From Ostreococcus lucimarinus (Eukaryota), in NCBI GenBank assembly GCA_000092065.1, contig CP000590.1: 64,000 nt of DNA. The stretch is one strand, 5' to 3'. Position 1 is the first letter of the stretch. Every line of letters begins with the position of its first letter. The translations under genes were made by a program, and so were the position numbers. The notes under the pieces are model-generated. The model did no database searches, was not told the origin of the DNA, and saw nothing but the letters and a program-made list of their open reading frames with translations. Below are positions 1 through 10,070 of this stretch, in pieces.

Positions 1-2755
1 GAGCCTGAGGGCGCATAACGAGGAAGCGATCGCGAAATATGCAAACTTTCCGGAGTTGGATAAGCCGGACGCGCACGTGGCGCGAGATGCGGATGGGTAC
101 TACGTCGTGAAGGAGGAGTGGCGAAAACCGACGAATCCCTTTGAAAAGTTGAAGCTCGCGAAGGATCCGATGCGAGAGTTGATCGGGATGAACGGGATCG
201 AGGAGATGGCCAAGGCGAGCGCGGCGGATTTCAAGGCTTGGGACGAGGCGTTGAATGACCCGGACGAGACCGATCAACGACCGAAGTGGGCGGGTTTGTT
301 TCATCGACGCAAAGGACACTACGGGCGATACATGATGCGACTCAAGCTTCCGAACGGACTCATTAACTCGACGCAGATGCGATATTTGGCGAGCGTGATT
401 AAAAAGTACGGCGAAGATGGGTGCTGCGACATCACGACGAGACAAAACATTCAGCTTCGTGGGGTTGAGTTGAAGGATGCGCCCGAAATCTTGCGCAAAC
501 TCGAAGAGCTCGGTATGTGCTCGTTGCAAAGCGGGTTGGACAACGTGCGCAACGCGACGGGGAACCCGCTCGCGGGTTTTGATCCGCAAGAAATCGTCGA
601 CACGCGACCTTACACGCTCGCCATTCAAGATTACGTCACCGGTGGTGGGCGCGGGAATCCAGCCATCGCTAACTTGGGGCGTAAGTGGAACGTGTGCGTC
701 GTCGGCAGCAGCGACTTTTTCGAGCATCCGGACATCAACGACTTGGCCTTCATTCCAGCGATGAAGGATGGCAAGTTCGGATTCAACATGATCGTCGGTG
801 GCTTCATATCTTCTCAGCGCGCAGCGGAGTCGGTCTCTCTCGATGCGTGGATCCCTGAGAACGAGCTTGTCGCCGCGACGCACGCCGTGTTGACGACGTT
901 TCGCGATTACGGCCATCGCGGCAACCGCCAAAAGTGCCGCATGATGTGGCTCATCGACGAGATGGGTTTGGAAACGTTTCGCACCGAAGTTGCGTCGCGC
1001 ATGCCAACGGGAGACTTGGCGCGCGGCGCCGAAGTGGATCTCATCGACCGAGAGTCTCCGCGACGCAGTTACATCGGCGTGCACGCGCAAAAGCAAGAGG
1101 GCTTGAGCTGGGTCGCCGCTGCCGTGCCGGGCGGACGTATGCAACCGGAAGATCTCGCGGAGATGGCTGATCTCGCGGACAAGTACGGCGAAGGTGAGAT
1201 TCGACTCACCGTCGAGCAAAACTTTATCATTCCCCACGTGCCGAACGATAAGATTGACGCCATTCTCCAAGAGCGTTTGTTTCAAGAGTACACGCCGTTC
1301 CCGGGCAAACTTGTGTCCAACATGGTGGCGTGCACCGGAAATCAGTTCTGCGGATTCGCGCAAATCGAGACGAAGCGACAAGCGCTCGAAATGGCGGAAC
1401 ACTTGGAAAGTTGCTTAGAACTTTCGAAGGACGTGCGCATGATTTGGACAGGTTGCCCGAACTCTTGCGCTCCGGTGCAAGTGGCGGACATTGGCCTCAT
1501 GGGCGCGCAGGTGAAGAATCCGACGGGCGAGAAGGGCATGGTACCAGGGGTGAACATCTTCATCGGTGGTACCGTCGGGCCGAACGGCCACTTGAAGGAA
1601 GCGCCAGAAATCGCAAAGGTCCCGTGCTCAGAGTTGAAGCCGGTTCTGGAACAGATTATGATTGAGAGGTTTGGCGCGACGCGCAAGGCGACGCCGACGC
1701 CGAATCCGGGGCGAGCGTCGCGCTGGAAAATCAACAAATCTGCGCAGTATACCAAGGGTGTCCCTAAAGCCATGGGTAAGGCGACGCACATTTGCACCGG
1801 ATGTGGTTACATTTATCAAGAGACGAAGAAGTTCGACGAGTTGCCGGATGACTACGTCTGTCCGTCGTGCAGCGCGCCGAAGTCCAAGTTTGAAGCGATG
1901 AAGCAGGAAGAGACGCCCACGAGCGCTCGCCCGGTCGTGGAGTACCCCGAAGGCACGCTCGCGACGCTGAAGAACGGCGAAACCGTTGAATTGAAGCTCG
2001 TTGAGAAGGAACAAGTGACGTCGAACACTGTACGCCTTCGATTTGAACTCCCGTCGCCGGAGCACATCCTCGGACTTCCCGTCGGGCAACACGTGACGGT
2101 GACCATCGACGGCGTGTCTCGTCCGTACACTCCGATCACGCGCGATGCGGACAAGGGTTTCATGGACCTTCTCGTGAAGATTTATGATCAAGGCGCGCTC
2201 ACGCAAAAGCTCAACGCCGTGGCCGTGGGATCTACCGTAGCGTTCGAAGGACCGAATGGGTTGGTGACGTACAGCGCTCGCGGCGAATTTTCTACGCGCA
2301 ATCCGGCGACGGGCTCTGTGGCGAAGAAATCATGCAAGAACATCGCCATGATCGCCGGTGGTACTGGCATCACCCCTATGCTTCAAGTCATTCGCCAAAT
2401 CTTCAACGATGTCGGGGACACGACGCGGGTCAACTTGTTATTCGCCAACGTCTCCTCGGCGGATATTCTCTTGAAGAAGGAGCTCGACGAGCTCGCGAGC
2501 GCGCACAAAAACTTGACGGTGCACTACGCGATCGACAAGGATGAACCAAACTGGAACGGCGAGGTTGGATACGTTTCAGAGGAAATGATCAAGAAGTGCG
2601 ACTTGCTGAAGCGAGGTGGCTTGATGGACAAATTGTTTTCATCCGCCGACGACACCGCGGTCCTCGTGTGCGGCCCGCCGGCGATGGTTGAGAAAGCCGT
2701 TGTGCCCGCGTTGGACGCACTGAATGTCTCTACAGATTCTCGAATTTTCTTTTAA
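1..2755 (+). CDS. NII: Nitrite reductase (siroheme/4Fe-4S, plant Fd-NiR type) fused C-terminally to a rubredoxin and a cytochrome-b5-reductase-type FAD/NAD(P)H domain; 5' end lies outside the window
   Basis: The frame is open from nt 2 with no stop before the TTG used by the ORF track, so the N-terminus/transit peptide is left of the window. It matches plant NiR block by block (RPKWAGLFHRRKGHYGRYMMRLKLPNG, TTRQNIQLRG, QSGLDNVRN, GNRQKCRMMWLIDE, cluster cysteines CTGNQFCG and TGCPNSC). About nt 1780-1900 encode a rubredoxin knuckle pair (CTGCGYIY...YVCPSC). About nt 1960-2752 encode an FNR-like module (RPYTPIT, GGTGITPM, CGPPAM, C-terminal IFF). Confidence 0.93.
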   Translation, partial: SLRAHNEEAIAKYANFPELDKPDAHVARDADGYYVVKEEWRKPTNPFEKLKLAKDPMRELIGMNGIEEMAKASAADFKAWDEALNDPDETDQRPKWAGLFHRRKGHYGRYMMRLKLPNGLINSTQMRYLASVIKKYGEDGCCDITTRQNIQLRGVELKDAPEILRKLEELGMCSLQSGLDNVRNATGNPLAGFDPQEIVDTRPYTLAIQDYVTGGGRGNPAIANLGRKWNVCVVGSSDFFEHPDINDLAFIPAMKDGKFGFNMIVGGFISSQRAAESVSLDAWIPENELVAATHAVLTTFRDYGHRGNRQKCRMMWLIDEMGLETFRTEVASRMPTGDLARGAEVDLIDRESPRRSYIGVHAQKQEGLSWVAAAVPGGRMQPEDLAEMADLADKYGEGEIRLTVEQNFIIPHVPNDKIDAILQERLFQEYTPFPGKLVSNMVACTGNQFCGFAQIETKRQALEMAEHLESCLELSKDVRMIWTGCPNSCAPVQVADIGLMGAQVKNPTGEKGMVPGVNIFIGGTVGPNGHLKEAPEIAKVPCSELKPVLEQIMIERFGATRKATPTPNPGRASRWKINKSAQYTKGVPKAMGKATHICTGCGYIYQETKKFDELPDDYVCPSCSAPKSKFEAMKQEETPTSARPVVEYPEGTLATLKNGETVELKLVEKEQVTSNTVRLRFELPSPEHILGLPVGQHVTVTIDGVSRPYTPITRDADKGFMDLLVKIYDQGALTQKLNAVAVGSTVAFEGPNGLVTYSARGEFSTRNPATGSVAKKSCKNIAMIAGGTGITPMLQVIRQIFNDVGDTTRVNLLFANVSSADILLKKELDELASAHKNLTVHYAIDKDEPNWNGEVGYVSEEMIKKCDLLKRGGLMDKLFSSADDTAVLVCGPPAMVEKAVVPALDALNVSTDSRIFF

Positions 2756-2920
2756 GACAAAGCGAACAACTACATAGTTTACTCACAATTCATCAGCTCA
2801 CGTCGTTTGTCATTTAAAATCAGTCGACGTCTAAAACATGTTGCGCGGCGCGCGACTGCTTCCGGCGTTCGTTTGCGCACATGAGACTCGATAAGTTAGG
2901 AAAGAAGAGGAATAAGAAAA

Positions 2921-2925
2921 TTACA
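2921..2925 (-). terminator. TGTAA (minus strand) downstream of the NAR2 stop
   Basis: Plus-strand TTACA about 100 nt beyond the NAR2 stop. Confidence 0.3.
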
Positions 2926-3024
2926 AGCAACGTCTCCGTAACAAGGACGCGTGTGCACGGTTCATCTATCTACAATTTGTTTTCCCGATGAAGTTGATCG
3001 CGTCGAAAGTCGCGCGTTGCGCGC

Positions 3025-3877
3025 TTACGCATATTGCGCTGCGGCGGCGTTTTGCTTCTTGTAATCGTACATCGTACCGGCAGTGGCGACGATGATAGAG
3101 AACGCGATGAAGAAGCTCATCGTGCCGACGAGCGCTTGCGGCAAGCGGTCGTAGGTGACGACTTCGAAGGTGCAAGAAGAATCGTCGCCGTATCGCACGT
3201 AGCCGCTGGAGTCCGATTCCAAGACTTGGATAAAGTACTTGGCCGGCGCGATGTTCAACGGGAGCGGGATGTCGACGTTACCAGTCGCCGACCCGCCCGT
3301 GATGCCCGCTTTGAGATAGTCGGCCTCGACCACGGTTTGCTTGCATCGCTTGTTCTTGTTGACGATGTCTTTCTTCTTGCGCCACGGCTTGGAGGCGAGT
3401 TCGGAGTCGTCGTAGCACAACTTCACCATCATCGTGTTCCCCGACGTCGTGGAAGCACCGGTCCACGCCACGTTGATGGAGTTCAAACCACCCTGCGCTT
3501 TCTACGAACGTGAAAAACAAATAATCAAGTCAGTCTTCGAATCACGAACGAAATCGCCAGCGTCGCCGCGCCCGACCCCCAAAGGACACTCGCGCCGGTC
3601 GAACGCTTATCCGCCCTCGCGTCGTCTCCGCCCGCGCGTCGTCCCCACGCCACCCACGCGTCCACTCGCGCGTCGAGCGCGCGCCCGAATGCGTTATTTC
3701 TCGCGCGGTCGCGCGCACACGCACCGAACCAGCCGCGCACGCCCCGCCGTCGATCGTCGTCGTCACGCCGAGCGTGTTCGACGACATCTCGCTGTACTTG
3801 GTGAACGCGTGCGCGCCGTCCGCGAGCATCGCCGTGGCGGCGAGACCACCGATCAAGAGCTTCTTCAATTCAACCAT
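3025..3877 (-). CDS. NAR2: NAR2/NRT3 high-affinity nitrate transporter accessory protein (2 exons: 3877-3725, 3501-3025)
   Basis: Exon 1 starts at ATG 3877 with a signal-peptide-like MVELKKLLIGGLAATAMLADGAHA. The phase-0 intron 3724-3502 has a GTGCGT donor, an ACTGAC branch and a TAG acceptor. Exon 2 carries the NAR2 core (INVAWTG, MMVKLCYDDSELASKPWRKKKD...NKRCKQTV, compare plant IKVKLCYAP..DRPWRK..DKTCP) and one C-terminal TM helix (MSFFIAFSIIVATAGTM). Confidence 0.85.
3502..3724 (-). other. Intron of NAR2
   Basis: On the minus strand: GTGCGTGTGCG donor, AGACTGAC branch, 25 nt, then TAG. Phase 0, joining ...GGACAAGS to KAQGGLNSINVAW. Confidence 0.75.
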
Positions 3878-4249
3878 CGTCGTTCGTGCGTCGTTCGCGC
3901 GTCGTCGTCGTCGTCGCGGGCGCGTCGAGGAGTGTCGACATCGGCGCGACGCGCGGCGTTTCGGGACGCCAAGCGTCGCCAAAGGGCGACCGTTGGTGAC
4001 CCTTCGTTCCAAGCGTCACACGGCTAAACATCGTTTATATACGCGCGTCGACCCGGTTTATTTTATTAACTATTACGCGTACGCGTGTAAGTTGTATTTT
4101 TACCTTGAATACGTAAAAACACGATGAGGGTTTCGTGAATGTTTTATGCGTCGTCGCGACGGGACGCGACGCGGTGCGACGCCGCGCGTCACTCCACAGC
4201 GCGTCAGCGAGCACGCCGCGACCTCGAATCGCGACAGCGCACGCGCGAA
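3878..4249. promoter_or_regulatory. Shared divergent promoter region of NAR2 and NRT2 with a central AT-rich island
   Basis: 372 bp between the two ATGs. Positions about 4028-4140 are strikingly AT-rich for this DNA (TTTATATACG..., TTTATTTTATTAACTATTACGCGTACGCGTGTAAGTTGTATTTTTACC) and include tandem ACGCGT ACGCGT at 4075-4086. Confidence 0.5.
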
Positions 4250-5958
4250 ATGGCGATCACTAAAGAATTCAATGTCCCCGTGGACAGGTGCGTGTGGTTC
4301 GAGGCGCGCGCGAACGTGGGGGGGGGTTAAAGCGACGACGATGCGTCGCGGTTGTGTCGAAACGACGTGGTCGAATCGAGCGCGTGTGCGGTCGCGCGCG
4401 ATGGCGACGCGGCGCTCGAACGCGTCGATAACGATGAAAGATATATTTGTTTATGCTTTCATGCCCGCGAGACTGACGTGTAACGCGCGGTGCCGTCGTA
4501 CGTGGCCACAGCGAGCACAAGGCGATGAAGCTGAACGTCTTCAGCTTTGATCGCCCGCACCACTTGTCCTTCCACATGTCCTGGTTGGGTTTCTTCATCT
4601 CTTTCGTCTCGACGTTCGCGGCGGCGCCGATGATTCCGGTGATTCGTGAAGACTTGGGTCTCACGAAGCCGCAGCTCGGGAACGCTGGTTTGGCGGCGGT
4701 GACGGGTACTATTATTTGCCGCGTGCTGATGGGTACGGTGTGCGACCTCATCGGCCCGCGACTCGGTTTGTCGGTTATTCTTTTGGCCACCGCGCCCTTC
4801 TGCTTCGCCATGGCCATGGTGCAAGGCTTCGAAGGTTTCCTGATCTGCCGTTTGGGCATCGGTCTGGGTCTCGCCACGTTCGTGGCGTGCCAGTTCTGGA
4901 TGTCTTGCATGTTCAACAGCAAGTGCGTCGGTCTCGCCAACGCGACCGCCGCGGGCTGGGGTAACTTGGGCGGCGGAGTCACGCAATTCTTGATGCCGGG
5001 CATCTACGCCATCTGCTACTCGGCGACCAACAGCCGTGCGTTCACTGCCTGGCGTTGGGCGTACATCTTCCCGGGCATGTGCCACACCGTAGTCGGTTTG
5101 ATGGTCATGTACCTCGGCCAAGATTTGCCGGATGGTAACTACAAGGTGCTCACGACTTCGGGCGCGCTCGAAAAGAAGTCCTCCATGAAGGTCAACTTGA
5201 TCGGCATGAAGAACTACCGCATGTGGTGCATGGTCGCCACCTACGGTTTCTGCTTCGGCGTTGAACTCACGATGAACAACATCGTCGCCGGTTACCTCTT
5301 TGATCAATTCGGCGTCTCCCTCTCTGTCGCAGGCGTGTTGGCGTCTTGCTACGGTATGATGAACTTGTTCGCCCGCTCCGTGGGTGGCATCATCTCTGAC
5401 TGGTCTTCTAACCGCTTCGGTATGCGAGGACGTCTTTGGACTTTGTGGTCCACCCAAACGCTCGAAGGTGTGCTGTGCATCTTCATGGGTCTCTCCAAGG
5501 ACAACTTGGGCGCCACCATCGCGTTCATGGTGTTCTTCTCCATTTGCGTGCAGGCGTCCGAAGGCGCTTCTTACGGTATCGTGCCGTTCATCTCCCGCCG
5601 CGCTCTCGGTGTCGTCTCTGGTTTCATCGGTGCTGGCGGTAACGCTGGTGCCACCATCGCCACCGCCGCCTTCTTCACCAAGGATTCCATTGAGACGTAC
5701 GAAGGTCTCCAGTACCTCGGTTACACCGTCATCGGCGTCACCGCTTTGGTCATCCCGATTCACTTCCCAATGTGGGGCTCCATGTTCTTCCCGGCATCCA
5801 AAACGGCCACGGAAGAGGACTACTACATTCACAACGAGTTCACTCCGGAAGAAATCAAAGCTGGTCTCGCCGCTCCGGTCCAAAAGTTCTGCAACAACTC
5901 TCGCAACGAGCGCCCGGTTTGGAAGCGCGAGCAAGATGCGGTTGAAGCCTCCGCGTAA
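4250..5958 (+). CDS. NRT2: NRT2 high-affinity nitrate/nitrite transporter, MFS NNP family (2 exons: 4250-4287, 4512-5958)
   Basis: Exon 1 encodes MAITKEFNVPVD. The intron 4288-4511 has GTGCGT...ACTGAC(4472-4477)...CAG. Splicing restores the NRT2 N-terminal signature VPVDSEHKA. The body is a multi-TM MFS protein (FSFDRPHHLSFHMSWLGFFISF, GNAGLAAVTGTIICRVLMG, AGWGNLGGG). Confidence 0.95.
4288..4511 (+). other. Intron of NRT2
   Basis: GTGCGTGTGG donor, ACTGAC at 4472-4477, CACAG acceptor. Phase 2. The splice creates the conserved VDSEHKA. Confidence 0.92.
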
Positions 5959-6019
5959 TTCTTTTTTACTCTCGCGTCGCAAGAGTGCATCGTTTATAAA
6001 AAATCACCTCTACGTAGTG

Positions 6020-6024
6020 TGTAA
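6020..6024 (+). terminator. TGTAA, candidate poly(A) signal of NRT2
   Basis: 62 nt after the stop. UGUAA is the known chlorophyte poly(A) signal. Confidence 0.35.
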
Positions 6025-6122
6025 CATAACTCTTATTGCAAACTCTCCACGAACAGCCGACGTCTGGGGCGACGCGCGAAATTGATCAACAAATTGTCTT
6101 CCTACAAATTCAACTCTACGCT

Positions 6123-7550
6123 CTATCGCTGCCCGCCTTCGGCGGACGGTCCCACTTCGAGTCTACGCTGCACCTCCATCAATATGTGCGTCCCGATCCC
6201 CGCGGCGAAACCAATCGCCGTACTCTTAGTCGCGATCGTCACCGCAGCGGTCACCATGACGAGATACTTCTGGTGCTGATGCCATCCGGGTTTCGTCTTC
6301 AAGCCCATGCCAATGAGCTCCAAACTCGACGAAAATAACATGACTCCTAATATAGTCTTCGGAAAGTGCTCCAAGAGCTTCGTTAATGAGCTCCCGAATA
6401 ATAAACCGAGGGCAAGCTTGCACAAGCCGAGGAACACGATCGATCCTCCGCCGCGAGCACCGAAAGCGTACTGAGCCGCTAAACCGCCAGCGCCGTGGCA
6501 CGACGGCATCGCGCCTACCCAACACCCGACGATATTCATCATCCCCACGCTCGTCGCCACTGAGCTCGGCGACGCGGGAAAATCAGGAAACAATTCTTTG
6601 CTCAGTGCACACACGGAGATCACTGAATTTAACGTCGTCAATGGAAGTTGCGGGACGCCGGCGTTTACGATGCCGCGCTTTGCCTCGGACCACGACGCGC
6701 TCAAAATCTTTGGCGTGGCTGGTCCAAACTTCAATCCGCTCAGCGCGCCATCTTTCGTCATGGCCATGGTGATACCGAGCACAACGAGAATAAGCGCCAT
6801 GGGAATGTAGTGACGCATGCGTTTCCGACGTTCGCCATCCGCCTCAAGTTCGCCTCGCTCGTCGCGAATTGCCGGATACTCGGGCGAGCACACATACATG
6901 ACCGCACACATGGCCACGATGGTGACCAGTAGGCCATCCGTGCCAAACATCCCTCGCACCACACTAGCATCGCTCGACGTGTACACCGCGAGTAAAAACC
7001 CTTTCCTGGCGAGCAACAATCCAAGTCCCACTTGCATGCCTTGCACAACCGCGAGCGGCGTCACTTTATTAAACGTGTCCATCAATCTCGTCGTTCCAAG
7101 CACCAACACGATGGAAGACACGAACAAACCGGCGACCATAATTTCGTTGACATTCAACGGCGACTCTCCCAACGCCACCGCCGCGATCGTCTTCATCGGC
7201 TGCACGGGCATGGGTATCTCGTACAGAAACGCCGTGAGCACGTTGTACAATCCCGTGAACACGATTGTCGTCCCCGCGTCCACGCCACACTCGATCGACA
7301 TCCCGACGAGCAGCGGTAAAAAAGTCCCGAGATCTCCAAGCGCGCCGCTCGCCTCTCGCCAACCGAACTCGCGCCAAAACTTTTCCGCGCGCGCGCCGAC
7401 GACCGCCGCCGTCCCGCCGACGCGCCCTCTCGTCGCGCGCAGCTCCGACGCCGTCGTCTCGCCGCGCTTCTCGCGCGCGCCCGCGTCCACGACGCGAGCG
7501 TCATCATCGTCGTCCGCGATGCGAATCTCGTACTCACCCGCGGACGTCAT
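6123..7550 (-). CDS. MOT1: MOT1-type molybdate transporter (SulP-related)
   Basis: A 475-codon ORF with ATG at 7550. Both MOT1-family signature blocks are present (PMPVQPMKTIAAVAL and GAMPSCHGAGGLAAQYAFGARGG), and the protein is hydrophobic and multi-TM throughout. Confidence 0.9.
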   Translation of the reverse strand: MTSAGEYEIRIADDDDDARVVDAGAREKRGETTASELRATRGRVGGTAAVVGARAEKFWREFGWREASGALGDLGTFLPLLVGMSIECGVDAGTTIVFTGLYNVLTAFLYEIPMPVQPMKTIAAVALGESPLNVNEIMVAGLFVSSIVLVLGTTRLMDTFNKVTPLAVVQGMQVGLGLLLARKGFLLAVYTSSDASVVRGMFGTDGLLVTIVAMCAVMYVCSPEYPAIRDERGELEADGERRKRMRHYIPMALILVVLGITMAMTKDGALSGLKFGPATPKILSASWSEAKRGIVNAGVPQLPLTTLNSVISVCALSKELFPDFPASPSSVATSVGMMNIVGCWVGAMPSCHGAGGLAAQYAFGARGGGSIVFLGLCKLALGLLFGSSLTKLLEHFPKTILGVMLFSSSLELIGMGLKTKPGWHQHQKYLVMVTAAVTIATKSTAIGFAAGIGTHILMEVQRRLEVGPSAEGGQR

Positions 7551-7773
7551 CGCGCGAGGGCGTCGTGACCTTTCGCGTCCCGCGAAAAGCGCTTTTTCGC
7601 GTGGATGCTCGACCCGCGCGCGTCGCCGCGCGCGCGGATGCGCGAGGAACGCTCGAGGAGATCGTGTTTAACCCAACCCGTGCGCGTGCGCGTCGCGCGC
7701 GAGGCGTAAGCGTCGCGCGCGCTGACGTGTGTGGACGCGAAATGAGAACGTGGGGACGCGCGCGCGCGCGCGC

Positions 7774-7815
7774 GACGAAGACGAAGACGAAGACGAAGAC
7801 GAAGACGAAGACGAA
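7774..7815. repeat. (GACGAA)7 microsatellite
   Basis: Seven perfect tandem hexamers between the MOT1 start and the CNX2 stop. Confidence 0.95.
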
Positions 7816-7842
7816 GAGACGATGGAAATCTCGCGCAACAGG

Positions 7843-9078
7843 CTAACCCCCTATCTTGATCATCGCGCGATTATCCTGCGCCGCGAGCTCGTGCATGCCC
7901 GCGTGCGCGGCCTTCTTTCGCTTGACCGCAGCGCCGATGACGCGCAAAATGTCGTCGTCCGACGCGCCCGAGCGCATGGCGTCTCGCAAGCTCACCTCTG
8001 AATTGCCGAATAAACAAACCTTCAAATTACCGTCCGCCATGATGCGTAAGCGGTTACATCCGCCGCAGAATGAGTTCGTCATGCTCGTGATGAAGCTCAC
8101 CGAACCTTTGTGACCGGGCAGGGTGAAGTTCTTCGCGACTTCCTCGCGCGGGTCGTCGACGCGCGTCAACGCGCCGTACGCCTCTTCTATTCTCGCGCGC
8201 ATCTCGGCGTACGACACCATCTTCTTCGTGCTCCACTTATTGCCGTCGAACGGCATGTACTCTATAAATCTCACATTAATCGGCTTGTCTTTCGTCAACG
8301 CCACGAAATCAAGCAGCTCGTCGTCGTTTTGCCCGCGCATGACGACGCAGTTCACCTTGACGCTCTGAAATCCGAGTTCGCACGCCTTGTCGACGCTCGC
8401 CAGTACCCGATCGTGCCCTTTCCTCCGCGTCATGAACTCAAACTTCGCCGGCACGAGCGTATCAAGCGACACATTCAAACGCGTCAATCCGTTCGCTCTA
8501 AGCGCGTCTAACCGCTTCGCGAGCGTCACTCCGTTCGTCGTGACGCTCGTCTCGCGCACCCCCGGCGTCCCGCTCACCCGTCGCACCACGTCTTCCAAAT
8601 CTTTTCTCAGCGTCGGCTCACCCCCGGTGAGCCGCACTTTATCCACCCCAGCCGCGGCAAATATTTTAACCACCCTCCCGATCTCATCCGCGGTGAGCAA
8701 CTCATCCTTCGCCGTCAAATCCACGCCGTCCTCGGGCATGCAATACCCGCACCGCAGGTTGCACTTTTCCGTCAAGCTGATGCGCAGGTAATTATGCCCT
8801 CGCCCGAACGCATCCACGAGTTCCGGCGCGACGTTCGCCGTTCGCGACGTCATCGCGCGCGCGGCGACTCGCGGATCGATTCGCGCCCTCGCCCGCGCGC
8901 CCTCGCCCGCGCGCGTCGGTTCCTCCACCGCTCGCCGCGGTGCACTTTTTGTCCCGAGCGCGCTCACCGCGTCCTCGCGCGCGCGTTCGACGCCCTGATC
9001 GCCGCGCGCGATCGCCGCGAGCGTCGCGCTCGCGCGCCGCGCGCCCGGGCGCGTCCACGCGCCGCGCGCGAGCGACAT
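7843..9078 (-). CDS. CNX2: GTP 3',8-cyclase (MoaA/CNX2), first step of molybdenum cofactor synthesis
   Basis: Radical-SAM signature [22 protein letters not shown], then GGEPTLR, and the C-terminal cluster motif FCGGCNRLR. The ORF stays open to ATG 9324, but that extension is not MoaA-like and overlaps exon 1 of the opposite-strand gene, so I take ATG 9078. The start is uncertain. Confidence 0.88.
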   Translation of the reverse strand: MSLARGAWTRPGARRASATLAAIARGDQGVERAREDAVSALGTKSAPRRAVEEPTRAGEGARARARIDPRVAARAMTSRTANVAPELVDAFGRGHNYLRISLTEKCNLRCGYCMPEDGVDLTAKDELLTADEIGRVVKIFAAAGVDKVRLTGGEPTLRKDLEDVVRRVSGTPGVRETSVTTNGVTLAKRLDALRANGLTRLNVSLDTLVPAKFEFMTRRKGHDRVLASVDKACELGFQSVKVNCVVMRGQNDDELLDFVALTKDKPINVRFIEYMPFDGNKWSTKKMVSYAEMRARIEEAYGALTRVDDPREEVAKNFTLPGHKGSVSFITSMTNSFCGGCNRLRIMADGNLKVCLFGNSEVSLRDAMRSGASDDDILRVIGAAVKRKKAAHAGMHELAAQDNRAMIKIGG

Positions 9079-9154
9079 CCTCTGACGTCGCTTCGCGTCG
9101 TTTCGCCCTGTCGACCGGACCGCACCGCGCGTCACTCCGTCGCGCGCGCTCGCG

Positions 9155-9937
9155 ATGTCGCGCGCGCTCGAGGACGACCACGGCTCGTTCGCCGTGATAG
9201 ATCTCGTCGCGCACCTGTACCGCGGCGGCGCGGAAGATCGAGGCGCGCTCGCGAAGATTTGGTCGCGGTACAGCGATGCGACGGTTTCAGAGCGGAAGAC
9301 GACAGGTTTCGAGATGGTGCGCATGCATCACGCGACGCTGACGAGGATGTTTCGAGACGGTGCGTGCGACACGCTCAATTTTCGCGAGCGCGACGCGCGT
9401 CGGGACCGAGGGCGCGCGGTCGAGGGACGGGACGCAAAACGGCGCGAGACGGGACGACGACGAGGACGGGCGAGCGGGACGCGACGGACCGACTGACGAC
9501 GACGACGCGTTCGAACGCGAAAAGACCCGGATGGGGATTACTTAGATATCGAAGACGTGCGCATGACGTGGGAAGAGTTCGTGGACGCGCTGAGAGACGC
9601 CACGGGGGCGTCGGCGGATGAACCGGCGTCGCCGGAGAACGCGAAGTCGTACGACGCGCTCGAACGACCGGTGATGCAAAGAAATCAATCGTTCTCGAAC
9701 TTGGCGAAGGATTTGGAGGAAGTCATCGCCGCCGCGCGCTCGCCCGGGACGAGCGCGGACAACACGCCCGAAGGTTCGACGCGTGGGATTCAGAGAATTT
9801 CATCCTCTGGGATGCTTTTGGGCATCGGCTGCTCGAGCCGCGAACCGTCGCTTCGAGGCGGCAACGCGTTTCACGCGGGCATGACCGTGCGCTCGGAAGA
9901 TTTGAAGAGTCGCCTCGAGAAGAACGCGACGCAGTGA
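9155..9937 (+). CDS. Hypothetical Ser/acidic-rich protein embedded in the nitrate/Moco cluster (2 exons: 9155-9359, 9525-9937)
   Basis: The donor GTGCGTGCG at 9360, ACTGAC at 9492-9497, and the first AG at 9523-9524 (alternative AG at 9544-9545) all give phase-1 in-frame junctions. Codon third positions are G/C-biased. I recognise no family. The exon 1 start could also be ATG 9314. Confidence 0.5.
9360..9524 (+). other. Intron of the hypothetical cluster gene (alternative acceptor at 9545)
   Basis: GTGCGTGCGAC donor and ACTGAC at 9492-9497. The first AG (9523-9524) and the next AG (9544-9545) are both phase-1 compatible with the downstream ORF. Confidence 0.6.
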
Positions 9938-10070
9938 TCGTTTCCGCGAAATGCGCCGCATCAATACGCGTAATACGTCAATATAATCTATTGTACCTCG
10001 CTCCCGCGCCGAAAAGCGCAGCCAAAAGTCGCTTCGCCCCACAAGTCGTCGGCGTCGACGCGCGCGCGTC

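Noticed and set aside
4075-4086. Tandem palindromic ACGCGT ACGCGT in the NAR2/NRT2 promoter as a specific regulatory site
   Set aside because: ACGCGT occurs frequently in this CG-rich DNA (for example several times in the b5/NR promoter), so I cannot claim significance without genome-wide statistics. It is noted only in the promoter feature.
4459-5982. 507-aa minus-strand ORF spanning the whole NRT2 locus
   Set aside because: It is exactly antisense to a gene with unambiguous NRT2 homology. Its translation is R/G/E/H/D-rich with no recognisable fold, which is typical of stop-poor antisense frames in GC-rich coding DNA.
7774-7815. (GACGAA)7 considered as a CRISPR-like or minisatellite array
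   Set aside because: It consists of perfect 6-bp units without spacers, so it is a simple microsatellite in an intergenic region.
9079-9324. 82-codon upstream extension of CNX2 to ATG 9324
   Set aside because: It is not MoaA-like, and it overlaps exon 1 and the donor of the opposite-strand spliced gene, whose junctions are phase-consistent. ATG 9078 is preferred but unproven.
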